Source of the DNA: Candidatus Nomurabacteria bacterium
Lineage (GTDB): Bacteria > Patescibacteriota > Minisyncoccia > Phycocordibacterales > UBA9973
Length of the DNA stretch: 57,309 nucleotides
Assembly (NCBI GenBank): GCA_943359365.1
Contig: CALRHG010000002.1
Location: 1 to 57,309, forward strand
Direction: 5' to 3'
Made by a program: the position numbers and the translations under genes. The first letter of the stretch is position 1, and each line of letters starts with the position of its first letter. This document shows, piece by piece, positions 36,305 to 45,218 of the stretch. The notes below the pieces were generated by a model that saw nothing but the letters and a program-made list of their open reading frames with translations, searched no databases and was not told where the DNA came from.

Positions 36305-38508
36305 ACAACATTCTCCCCAGTGTCGGTGCGTTCGATTTTTTCCAGCACTTCGCGGGGCTTGGCGCCGTCACCCGGGCCGATGACTCCGCGTTCTTCCAAT
36401 TTATCCATCAGACGCGCCGCTCGAGCGTAGCCTAATTTTAATTTTCTTTGCAAGTATGAAGTCGAAGCGCGTCCGGCCTCGATCACGCAGGCTCGAGCTT
36501 CTTCATACATCTCATCATCGTCTTCCAAGTCTTCTTCGCTATTTAAAGTGCTTTCGAAAATACTTTTGTCGGCCGAAATGGATCCTGTTGACAGCGCTAT
36601 TTCTTCCGAAACTTCGTCTTTGTAGGCATCGGCTAAATATTTTACAACTTTTTTAACTTCAGATTCAGAGATGAAGGCGCTCTGTAGTCTCTCCGGCTGA
36701 GCTTCGCCCGAAGAATAGAGCATATCGCCGGCGCCGAGGAGCTTTTCCGCTCCGCCGGTATCGAGAATAGTGCGTGAGTCCACCTGTGAAGACACTTTCA
36801 AAGCGATGCGGGCAGGAATGTTTGCCTTGATGAGTCCGGTGATGATGTTTACTTCGGGGCGCTGAGTGGAAAGTATCAGATGTATGCCCACCGCTCGGGA
36901 CATTTGGGCTAAGCGTACGATGGCGGACTCAAGTTCCCTAGGATAAGAGCTCATTATGTCTGCGAGCTCGTCTATGATAACGACAATGTAAGGCATGCGG
37001 TCGGCATTTACTTCCTCTTTGCCGTCTTCGCTTTTCTTGCTCTTAACTTTGCCAAAAATATTGCTGTGATAAGACTCTATATCTCTCACGGACTCCGATT
37101 CCAATATGTCATAGCGGCGGTCCATTTCTTTAGCTGCCCATTTTAAAGCCAAGATCGCTTTCTTGGCATCTGTGATTACAGGAGTGAGTAAGTGCGGAAT
37201 ATTGTTGTATAAAGTAAGCTCCACGCGCTTTGGGTCTATCAGAATAAATTTCAAATCATCCGGACCGTTTCTATATAAAAGGGAAGTTACTATCGAGTGG
37301 ATAGTGACTGATTTTCCCGAGCCAGTCGTGCCGGCGACAAGGCAGTGCGGCATCTTGGCGAGGTTGCCAAAGATAGATTTGCCTCCAATGTTTCGCCCGA
37401 GGGCGATGGTGATAGGTTTTGCCGAGTTCTGGAACTTATCATCCGCGAGGAGAGTGGCCAGTCCGACAATAGACTTTGATCTGTTTGGGATTTCAATGCC
37501 GACGAGAGATTTTCCCGGGATCGGCGCTTCGATTCTGATCGGGTGCGCGGCAAGCGCTAGCGCTAAGTCATTTTGCAGGCCGAGAATTCGGGAGAGCTTC
37601 ATGCCTTCCGCCGGCTTGAGAGCATAACGGGTGACGGTCGGGCCGACAGTAATCTCGTCCATCTCGACTTCGATGCCGAAGTTGAGAAGCGTGCGCTTGA
37701 TGATGTTCGCGTTTGCTTTGATGTCGCCGGTGTTCGGCTTGCCCTGATCTTCTTCTAGAAGCGAGAGCGGGGGAGGGACGTATGTGGAAATAAGTCCGCT
37801 TCTTTTCTTGATCGGCATTTCTTCTTCCTCTTCCGCCTCTTCTTTATTTTTTATGCCTAGTGCTTTTTTAATTTTCTCGCCGGTGGTTTCTTTTGGTTCT
37901 TCAATCTCTTCTTCAGGCTCGGGTACCCCCTCCGCCTCCGGCACCTCCCCCTTCGGAAGGGGGAGGTCGGGATCGGTTTTTTTCCTCGTTATAAAGTTCC
38001 AAACTTTTTTCAAAAATGGCATTAAGTCCAGCTTTGCGTCAAACAGTACTAGAATTGAAATTATTAAAATTGCTCCGAGAAAAATAATACTTGCGTATAT
38101 ATCAAAAAGAGATACTAGGGGGTTTGCTAAAATTTTTCCCAAAAGTCCACCGGAGTGAGCTCCCGCGGCCGCCCTGGACGAACCTCCGGCGATATCTATC
38201 AAGCCGAGTCCTGAGAGTAGAAACATTGCCGCACTTATTATATTTTTCCATCCGACATTCGGGGTCTCTGATTTCAAAAATGAGTATCCTAAAATAACCA
38301 AAAGAGTCGGCAAGAGGACATAGCCGACTCCTAAAAGATAAAAAAGTTTTTCGTGAATAAACCCGCCGGCGACTCCCGTCATGTCGAATGCGGACATTAA
38401 AAAAAATAGCGCGAAGACAAAAAATATGACCGCAAATATTCCGTTCTTAGTTTGGGTTTTCAGGCCTGATTTTTTTTCTTCTTCTACATCTTCTGTATTT
38501 TTTTTCAT
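36301..38508 (-). CDS. ftsK: DNA translocase FtsK/SpoIIIE
   Basis: N-terminal TM helices, an acidic/Pro linker, motor domain with Walker A GTTGSGKS and Walker B VIIDELAD, and a C-terminal gamma wHTH. Start chosen at ATG 38508; the track start 38526 lies inside a hairpin repeat. Confidence 0.9.
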   Translation of the reverse strand: MKKNTEDVEEEKKSGLKTQTKNGIFAVIFFVFALFFLMSAFDMTGVAGGFIHEKLFYLLGVGYVLLPTLLVILGYSFLKSETPNVGWKNIISAAMFLLSGLGLIDIAGGSSRAAAGAHSGGLLGKILANPLVSLFDIYASIIFLGAILIISILVLFDAKLDLMPFLKKVWNFITRKKTDPDLPLPKGEVPEAEGVPEPEEEIEEPKETTGEKIKKALGIKNKEEAEEEEEMPIKKRSGLISTYVPPPLSLLEEDQGKPNTGDIKANANIIKRTLLNFGIEVEMDEITVGPTVTRYALKPAEGMKLSRILGLQNDLALALAAHPIRIEAPIPGKSLVGIEIPNRSKSIVGLATLLADDKFQNSAKPITIALGRNIGGKSIFGNLAKMPHCLVAGTTGSGKSVTIHSIVTSLLYRNGPDDLKFILIDPKRVELTLYNNIPHLLTPVITDAKKAILALKWAAKEMDRRYDILESESVRDIESYHSNIFGKVKSKKSEDGKEEVNADRMPYIVVIIDELADIMSSYPRELESAIVRLAQMSRAVGIHLILSTQRPEVNIITGLIKANIPARIALKVSSQVDSRTILDTGGAEKLLGAGDMLYSSGEAQPERLQSAFISESEVKKVVKYLADAYKDEVSEEIALSTGSISADKSIFESTLNSEEDLEDDDEMYEEARACVIEAGRASTSYLQRKLKLGYARAARLMDKLEERGVIGPGDGAKPREVLEKIERTDTGENVV

Positions 38509-38515
38509 AATTTTT

Positions 38516-38552
38516 CCCGCCTGCATCGCTTATGCGAAGCATTGCGGGCAGG
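38516..38552 (+). repeat. GC-rich hairpin repeat, family C copy 1
   Basis: CCCGC-C-TGCATCGC-TTAT-GCGAAGCA-TT-GCGGGCAGG; compare 46917-46953. Confidence 0.75.
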
Positions 38553-38580
38553 TGCCATGCGAGTATTTTAACATATCTCT

Positions 38581-38693
38581 GAGAAAATGTGATTATTATT
38601 TTATAAGGTACATATATTTTTCTGCTGAAAAATTATTCCTGCTCGGCCCGCCGGCCTGCGCAAGCCCTTCTAAAACAATAATCACATTTTCTC
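38581..38693. repeat. 113-bp element bounded by perfect 17-bp inverted repeats (MITE-like, or paired operators in the ftsK / ORF 38729 divergent promoter region)
   Basis: GAGAAAATGTGATTATT (38581-38597) is the exact reverse complement of AATAATCACATTTTCTC (38677-38693). The interior carries the GC-rich stretch CTCGGCCCGCCGGCCTGCGCAAGCCC. Confidence 0.6.
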
Positions 38694-38728
38694 TTGCGTT
38701 TTTCTTTGTCCTATAGTATAAAAGACAG

Positions 38729-39571
38729 ATGTTGTCGGCTAATAAGGACATGAAAGAAAATATAAAAGACCCCGAACGAAAGCTCTCTGCTTCGTACGGG
38801 GCAGGCACAGAAAATATGTCCATTACATTGTCTTATACCAAGACTAATAAGCTAATTACTGCCCTATATATGGTAACGGACATAATAGACAAAGATGAGC
38901 CAATTAGAAATAAATTAAGGAGTTTGGGTGCAGAGATTATATCGGACCCCGAACGAATCCGACCTGAGGTCAGATCATACGGGGCAGGCATGTCCATGAG
39001 AATAGAGCAGATAATAGCTTTTTTAAATATCTCTTCTGCGATGAATTTTATTTCGGAAATGAACTGCAATATTCTCAAAAAAGAATTTATTGAACTGAAA
39101 GCATCAATACAGGAGGGTATGAATATGAAACCCGCTTGGCTAACAGAATTTTTTTCTGAGCCAGCGATTTCTAAATCCAATTCACCTCACCCCAGCCCTC
39201 TCCTTGTTAAGGAGAGGGGGAACCCAAATTCTAACAGACATAAAAGACATACACGTCTTGGTGTCCAAAAGGGAAGCACTCTAATGGACGCACTAAGCGG
39301 AGTAGAAATGTCCAATAGAAAATTGGATCATATAAGCCACAATGTATTTAATGAATTAAAGAAAGAAAGGCGTAATTTTATAACCAATACTATTAAAAAT
39401 AGCGGGGGGAATATTAGCATAAAGGACATATTAACTAAAATGAACGCAGTAGAAAAAAACGAACTGTCTTTTAGTGAAAAAACTCTTCAAAGAGAACTGG
39501 TGTCCATGACGAAAGACGGGATACTAAACAAAGCGGGGGAGAAACGTTGGAGCAGGTATTCTGTAAAATAA
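38729..39571 (+). CDS. hypothetical protein with a C-terminal winged-helix-like domain; contains three in-frame GC-rich hairpin repeats
   Basis: 280-aa ORF (alternative start ATG 38816). The C-terminus ISIKDILTKMN....SEKTLQRELVSMTKDGILNKAGEKRWSRYSV looks wHTH-like. Confidence 0.5.
   Translation: MLSANKDMKENIKDPERKLSASYGAGTENMSITLSYTKTNKLITALYMVTDIIDKDEPIRNKLRSLGAEIISDPERIRPEVRSYGAGMSMRIEQIIAFLNISSAMNFISEMNCNILKKEFIELKASIQEGMNMKPAWLTEFFSEPAISKSNSPHPSPLLVKERGNPNSNRHKRHTRLGVQKGSTLMDALSGVEMSNRKLDHISHNVFNELKKERRNFITNTIKNSGGNISIKDILTKMNAVEKNELSFSEKTLQRELVSMTKDGILNKAGEKRWSRYSVK
39184..39221 (+). repeat. GC-rich hairpin repeat, family A copy 2 (inside ORF 38729, read as SPHPSPLLVKERGN)
   Basis: 38 nt identical to 28374-28411. 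Confidence 0.85.
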
Positions 39572-39648
39572 AGAATTCGCGGGAATCTTGCATTAATGTT
39601 CAAAATATGAGAAGATATACAAGTGGACTTTATTCGCTTAAATGCGAG

Positions 39649-39657
39649 TTATCCACA
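39649..39657 (+). promoter_or_regulatory. perfect DnaA-box 9-mer TTATCCACA upstream of the promoter-like TATAAT at 39689
   Basis: GTTATCCACAT 11-mer identical to those at 45328 and 53603. 31 nt separate the box from TATAAT (39689-39694). Confidence 0.4.
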
Positions 39658-40016
39658 TAATATATTGCTCTATCTTGGAGCTATATATTATAATGTTCTT
39701 GTGTTTAGCGAATGCGCATTTTTGCGCGTTATCTTTAACACAGAATTTGTATTTGTTTTCTCTTTAGATTCTCGCTTGCGATTTCGTCGAAAAAATTTCA
39801 AGTGAGGCTTTAGGAAAATAAATGGTCATTGAAAATTGAATAAAAAGTTTTTGTTCAGTTTTCATTAAGTCAACATCTGTTCTTTATTTGTTTGTCCGCT
39901 GCATTATCATTGTTCGCAATTATTATTTATTAGCGGATAAAAAATAAAGATAAGAAAAAATACGCTTTTAGTTTTGTCGAAACTAATTAATGGCGTAGAA
40001 AAATTAGAAAAAATTT

Positions 40017-43000
40017 ATGAGTAATATATTAAATTTAAAAGCAGTGAAGCTTTTTGCCATCGTTTTGTTGGCAGTAGCTGTCCTTGCAACATTCGGTATG
40101 GTTGCTGTGCAAACAGCAAGCGCTGATTGTTCGATCACTACTACATTGAGAGTAGGTTCGAAAGGAGAAGAAGTTAAATGTCTTCAGATGGCTGTCGGAG
40201 TCACTGCGGACGGAAGCTTTGGTCCGATAACTAGAGCTGCCGTTGTCGCTTGGCAGAAGAGCGTAGGTTTATCGGCCGATGGAGTATTCGGTCCTAAATC
40301 TCGCGCTGTCTGGATAGCGGCTGGTGGCACAGTTTCAACTAGCTTCGCTCCTGCAGGCTGTACATCAGCTTCAGGATACAGTCCTACATTAGGACTAGCT
40401 GGTGGACTATGTTACGCAGTAGGTTCTGTAACACCTCCAGCTCCAGCAACAGGTTGCCAGCCAGGTTGGTTGTTTAATCCAACTACTGGTGTATCTTGTT
40501 CTGTAGTAGTTCCTCCACCTATAAGCGGCTCTGTATCAGTAAGCTTGGCTTCTGATAACCCAGCTTCAGGAACTCTTCTTATTGATGACACAACTGGTGT
40601 TATGCAAAATGCTGCTCCAATCGTTAAGTTTGTTTTCTCAAACGGTACTGGTTCAGCGGTCAATGTAAACACACTTAGGCTTACCCGCACGGGTATTGCG
40701 GCTGATGGAGATATTAACAATCTCTTCCTCTATGAAGGGGTAACTAAATTAGCAGAACTCAGTTCTGTTTCCACTAAAGTTTTTTCTTTCAATAGTTCAT
40801 CTGGCTTGTTTACTATCCCTGCAAATAGCTCAAAGGCTATCTGGGTAGGTATCAATATGGCTGTGGCTACGAGTGGTCCTACGACTATCGGTTTTGCTAT
40901 TAATTCAGCATCTGATGTCGTCGCTTCCAATACGGCTACGGTCGGCGGTTCATTCCCTATCAAGAGCAACGAGTTCCAGACTGCTTTCATTACCGACCTT
41001 GGATACATCAACCTTACAAACACGACTACATTTCCAGCTACTGTAGATCCTAAGCCAGAAGCTCAGGAACTATGGAGATTTACCGCTACGGCGAATAGCC
41101 AAAAGATGAATCTTAAGAGAATCGTAATGACAGTTGTCGGCACGACTTCTCCTGGCGACATCCAAGATTTGACGCTTTCTGTCGGTGGTGTCCAAGTTGG
41201 AGCAATTGCTCAGATTGGTCTAGACAACAAAGTTGTCTTTGATTGGTCAGCTACTCCTTACACTCTACTTTCAGGACAAAACAAAGTTTTCGTTCTTAGC
41301 GGTAAAGTTGTAAAGGGTACTGGACGAGCAGTTAAATTCACAATCCGTTCTACAGCTGATTTTGTATCAACAGACTTTAACTACACCGCAGACACGGCTC
41401 CTTTACTTTCTGGCGCTGCTCTTACTGTAGTTGATCCTGATTCTTCAGGTGATGGTACAAACATCAACAACGGTAGTCTTACTATTTCACGTTCTGCAAA
41501 TTCAACTTCAGGCAATATTGCCTCAGGTGCCCTTGATGTCCCTCTAGCTCGTTTTGATTACAGAGCAAATGGTGAAGATATCAAAGTATCATATGTACGC
41601 GTATCTGTGAACAACTCACAAAACGTGACTATGGACGACGGTAAGCTTTACTTCAACGGTTCACAAGTTGGTACGACAGATGATTCTGTTGCTGATGCGA
41701 CAGACAATGTCTTCTCTCTCGGTAACACGGTTATCATTCCTGCCGGTACAACTGGCGTGTTTGAATACCGAGCTAACATACAAGAAGCTTCTGGTACTGA
41801 TTTGACTGCTGATGGGACAGTTGTTGTTTCATTGTCGGCTGGTACATCTGGCGACGCTATCGGGCAGATTTCATTAACAAGTCTTACCCCTTCAGCTTCC
41901 ACTGGACAGACTTTGACAGTTAAGACTGGGACTCTTACTCAATCTACAAACTCTTCATTCCCTAGCGCGACGACCGTGAACACTTCCGGTGTTGTCGGAG
42001 CTACGAATGTAAAAGTTGCTTCCCTTATTCTTACTGCTGGTTCTGGTGAATCTGTGAATGTCACTCAAGTAGTCCTTGGTGACGATCCAGGTGATGCTAC
42101 TTCAGACTTTGGTGATAACTTCCAGAATTTAACTATCCGAAATGGCGCGTTAAGTTCAACTTCTACTCCTCTCGCAACTGTACAGGGAACACTCTCTGGC
42201 ACAGCTGGCGCAGACTTCACATTTAGTTTGAGTCCTTCCATAACAATTGCTGCCGGCACTCAATATGTGATAGATGTATACGCGGATATCTTGACTGGCG
42301 CTGCTGGTTTTGCTACCGCTCAGCCAGGTCTTGAATTCGTGAATGTTTCTGCTACTGGTATCAGCACTAGCGCAGATGCATATCCTACTGCGACTGTTGC
42401 AGATCTTCAGAGCGTAGTGATTGCTTCTTCTGGCTCTCTGACAATTACAGCTAATGCCGCTACTCCAGTAGCTGGCCAGCTCGTAATGGGTGAGACAGGT
42501 CAGACAGTTGCTATTCTTGATTTTGCTGCGGGTTCGGCTGAAGATGTGAATGTATCAGTGATCATACTTACAGATACTTCTTCTTTCGCTGGTTCTCTCT
42601 CAAACATCAAGCTTTACGCTCAAGGTATAACTGCTCCAATTGGCGAGTTATCTTCGTTCAGCGCACAGTCAAACGGTACAGCGACATTCAACCTTGCTTC
42701 AGACTGGGTTATTCCTAAGAATTTGACAAAGACTTTGACAGTCAAGGCCGATGTTAATGCTTACGGTTCTGCAGTTTCTGGCGGTTCACACACTGTGAAC
42801 TTGGCAAGTAATGCGAATGTAACTACTCGTGGTCATGCTTCCGGTGTGGCTATTGCTGAGACAGTTACTACTGCTACTGGCACAGCTCAGACTGTATATC
42901 GAACACGCGTAATATCTGATCTAGCTTCTACTTCACCTTCCGGTTCTTCAACTGTTGGTGCAGGCAAGAGCGTATTTGAGTTTACTGTTACAGCTAACCC

Positions 43001-43925
43001 TGCATACGCTGCAGTTGTTAATGTAGCAGCATTGACTATGTCAGGCTCTGCAAATATGACCAGCTCTGGAAACGCAGTTCTATACAAGAGTACAGATCTT
43101 AACACTGCTCTTGCTACAGAGGCTTATGTAACTGACACAGCAACAAGTGGTACTACTACTACTTTTGTTAACTCGGCTGGTTGCGATAGTGGTATCCCTG
43201 TAGGCGCGAATGTTCGTATCTACGATACATCAGCGTCTGCTTACATGACCACTTCCGGTGGATATGAAGTAGTTACTGTTGATTCAACAGGTACATGTAC
43301 TTGGACTATTACTCCTGCTACAAGCGCAGCTATAGCTTCAGGCGACATAATGTACTACCGCCCAATGCAGCCTGGAACTGGTAAGCTCTACTTCGGAGCT
43401 CAGACCACTCTTACTGCTGATGTTGCAAACTCTGCTACATCTCTAACAGTTACAAGTACAGACGGATTCGCGGTTGGTGATACTGTCGCTTTGACAGGAC
43501 ACACCACTGCCGGTGTTGCCACTTCAGTCGCTTCAGGCTGTGTAATTACATACATCGCCTCTGCTACTGCTTTGACGACAACTGCTTGTGTGTTAACACC
43601 TACTACTGGTATCGATTACGATTATCTAAGTGGTACGGCTGCTAATGCTATTGCGAACTACCATAACAGTGCTGCATTTGCGACAACTGGCTTGATCAGT
43701 CAGGAAATTGCTGCAGGCTCTAGTATGACATTCGTAGTAAAGGGTGATACGACATCCACAGGTACAGCGGCTGACAACCTTGGTGCTGCTAGAACAAGCG
43801 CAACCTTGCAGGCTAGCCTTGCTGCAGTCGGCGACTTGAACTGGGATGACAAACTTATTAACGGTATTATCACTGTTACTAAGAACCTCCCTATCAACGG
43901 CAACACGCTTACTTACGCTTACTAA
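40017..43925 (+). CDS. giant secreted Thr/Ser/Ala/Gly/Val-rich surface protein with an N-terminal PG_binding_1 domain (S-layer/adhesin candidate)
   Basis: 1302 aa with signal peptide ..AVQTASA and PG-binding motif LRVGSKGEEVKCLQMAVGVTADGSFGPITRAAVVAWQKSVGLSADGVFGP. The remainder is almost devoid of charged residues. Confidence 0.7.
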   Translation: MSNILNLKAVKLFAIVLLAVAVLATFGMVAVQTASADCSITTTLRVGSKGEEVKCLQMAVGVTADGSFGPITRAAVVAWQKSVGLSADGVFGPKSRAVWIAAGGTVSTSFAPAGCTSASGYSPTLGLAGGLCYAVGSVTPPAPATGCQPGWLFNPTTGVSCSVVVPPPISGSVSVSLASDNPASGTLLIDDTTGVMQNAAPIVKFVFSNGTGSAVNVNTLRLTRTGIAADGDINNLFLYEGVTKLAELSSVSTKVFSFNSSSGLFTIPANSSKAIWVGINMAVATSGPTTIGFAINSASDVVASNTATVGGSFPIKSNEFQTAFITDLGYINLTNTTTFPATVDPKPEAQELWRFTATANSQKMNLKRIVMTVVGTTSPGDIQDLTLSVGGVQVGAIAQIGLDNKVVFDWSATPYTLLSGQNKVFVLSGKVVKGTGRAVKFTIRSTADFVSTDFNYTADTAPLLSGAALTVVDPDSSGDGTNINNGSLTISRSANSTSGNIASGALDVPLARFDYRANGEDIKVSYVRVSVNNSQNVTMDDGKLYFNGSQVGTTDDSVADATDNVFSLGNTVIIPAGTTGVFEYRANIQEASGTDLTADGTVVVSLSAGTSGDAIGQISLTSLTPSASTGQTLTVKTGTLTQSTNSSFPSATTVNTSGVVGATNVKVASLILTAGSGESVNVTQVVLGDDPGDATSDFGDNFQNLTIRNGALSSTSTPLATVQGTLSGTAGADFTFSLSPSITIAAGTQYVIDVYADILTGAAGFATAQPGLEFVNVSATGISTSADAYPTATVADLQSVVIASSGSLTITANAATPVAGQLVMGETGQTVAILDFAAGSAEDVNVSVIILTDTSSFAGSLSNIKLYAQGITAPIGELSSFSAQSNGTATFNLASDWVIPKNLTKTLTVKADVNAYGSAVSGGSHTVNLASNANVTTRGHASGVAIAETVTTATGTAQTVYRTRVISDLASTSPSGSSTVGAGKSVFEFTVTANPAYAAVVNVAALTMSGSANMTSSGNAVLYKSTDLNTALATEAYVTDTATSGTTTTFVNSAGCDSGIPVGANVRIYDTSASAYMTTSGGYEVVTVDSTGTCTWTITPATSAAIASGDIMYYRPMQPGTGKLYFGAQTTLTADVANSATSLTVTSTDGFAVGDTVALTGHTTAGVATSVASGCVITYIASATALTTTACVLTPTTGIDYDYLSGTAANAIANYHNSAAFATTGLISQEIAAGSSMTFVVKGDTTSTGTAADNLGAARTSATLQASLAAVGDLNWDDKLINGIITVTKNLPINGNTLTYAY

Positions 43926-43974
43926 TCTTTAGTTAATTAATAAATTTTGCAGGGGTCGAATACTGCAAAATTAC

Positions 43975-44004
43975 AAAAAACCACTCCGCAAGGGGTGGTT
44001 TTTT
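43975..44004 (+). terminator. intrinsic terminator of the giant surface-protein gene
   Basis: AAAAAA-CCACTCC-GCAA-GGGGTGG-TTTTTT. Confidence 0.8.
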
Positions 44005-44009
44005 GCTTG

Positions 44010-44039
44010 CCCCGTACCAAGCTGTGCTTTGGTTCGGGG
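44010..44039 (+). repeat. GC-rich hairpin repeat, family B (CCCCGTAC...GTTCGGGG)
   Basis: CCCCGTACCAAG-CTGTG-CTTTGGTTCGGGG; related to 38770-38801 and 38947-38984. Confidence 0.65.
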
Positions 44040-44074
44040 TTGGCTTTTTTATAATTTGTGCTATCATACAATTT

Positions 44075-44803
44075 ATGGAAAAAAATTTAACAAGTGCGTC
44101 AACTCAGGTTAACGCTAAGAATATAATTATAATTATTGTTTTAGTCTTGGTCGTTTTTGGGGTCATATATAATAGTAAAAAGTCTAAGGTTGCTGAACCC
44201 GTAGTTACTGATATACCGAATATCATTGTTCCTAGTACCTTGCCTGTCAATGATCAGGAAAAAGCAAGGCAAGAAATAAAAAGTTTAAATGAGAAGATAT
44301 CTTCTAATACTTGTATAGAAACAGGGGAAAGGTCTTGTTATGACGAGCATTTACAGCTTGGCATAAAGTATGAATCTCTCGGTCAATTGAGTGACGCTAT
44401 TGCCTCATATAGAAAAGCTTCAGCAATATCGCCTAAAGATTATGTGCCATACTCCAATATTGGGTCTGCATACTATGGCATAAAGAAGTTCGCCGAAGCG
44501 GAAATAGCCTTTTTAAAGGCTATAGACATAACCCCTAACAATGTCTCTGTATATACAAAGCTTTATGACCTATATTTTCATGGTTTAAAAAGGCTTCCAC
44601 ACGAAATGAACGCATTTTTCACCGATGCCATGAAAAATACAAATAACGATATAAATATAGTAAAACTATATGCTCTATACTTGGAAGAAATAAACGATTT
44701 GGAGTCTGCCTTGCCTATATGGGAGTCGTTGCTCAATTTGGAGCCAAATAATGCTGCATACAAAGCTAAAGTAGGGGCTTTACAAAAGAAAATAAAACAT
44801 TAA
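44075..44803 (+). CDS. membrane-anchored TPR-repeat protein
   Basis: Start set at ATG 44075; the upstream part of the track ORF runs through the terminator and repeat, and TATAAT sits at 44050. One TM helix (IIIIIVLVLVVFGVIY) and TPR-like repeats (..AIASYRKASAISPKDYVPYSNIGSAYY..). Confidence 0.65.
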   Translation: MEKNLTSASTQVNAKNIIIIIVLVLVVFGVIYNSKKSKVAEPVVTDIPNIIVPSTLPVNDQEKARQEIKSLNEKISSNTCIETGERSCYDEHLQLGIKYESLGQLSDAIASYRKASAISPKDYVPYSNIGSAYYGIKKFAEAEIAFLKAIDITPNNVSVYTKLYDLYFHGLKRLPHEMNAFFTDAMKNTNNDINIVKLYALYLEEINDLESALPIWESLLNLEPNNAAYKAKVGALQKKIKH

Positions 44804-44845
44804 GATAAGAGTAGCAAATTATTAGTTAATTTTTTTAGTGCAGAT

Positions 44846-45217
44846 ATGAATACAAATATGAGCAAGAAAAATATTGTTATCGCGGTTTTGGTGGTTTTGG
44901 TTGTAGTGGGGGTTGGTTTTTGGATGAAAAAGCAGAATGCAGAGAGTATGTATTCTATTGTGTATTTAACGACTAAGGAAGTATATGTCGGTAAACTAAC
45001 GACTTTTCCTGACTTACAGCTTTCGGATGGTTACATTTTGAATACTGTGCCGGATGCCACTGATCCTAAAAAGACTAATTTCCAGCTTACCCCTATGAGC
45101 GAAGCTCTTTGGGCGCCAGAGAAGGGCATACATCTCGTAAAGGACAATGTTGTCTTTTATGGAGCTCTATCGGACAATAGTTCTATTGCCAAGACTTTGG
45201 CGGAGAAGGGGAAATAA
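44846..45217 (+). CDS. hypothetical membrane-anchored protein
   Basis: 123 aa with N-terminal TM IVIAVLVVLVVVGVGFW. Confidence 0.55.
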   Translation: MNTNMSKKNIVIAVLVVLVVVGVGFWMKKQNAESMYSIVYLTTKEVYVGKLTTFPDLQLSDGYILNTVPDATDPKKTNFQLTPMSEALWAPEKGIHLVKDNVVFYGALSDNSSIAKTLAEKGK

Positions 45218-45218
45218 A

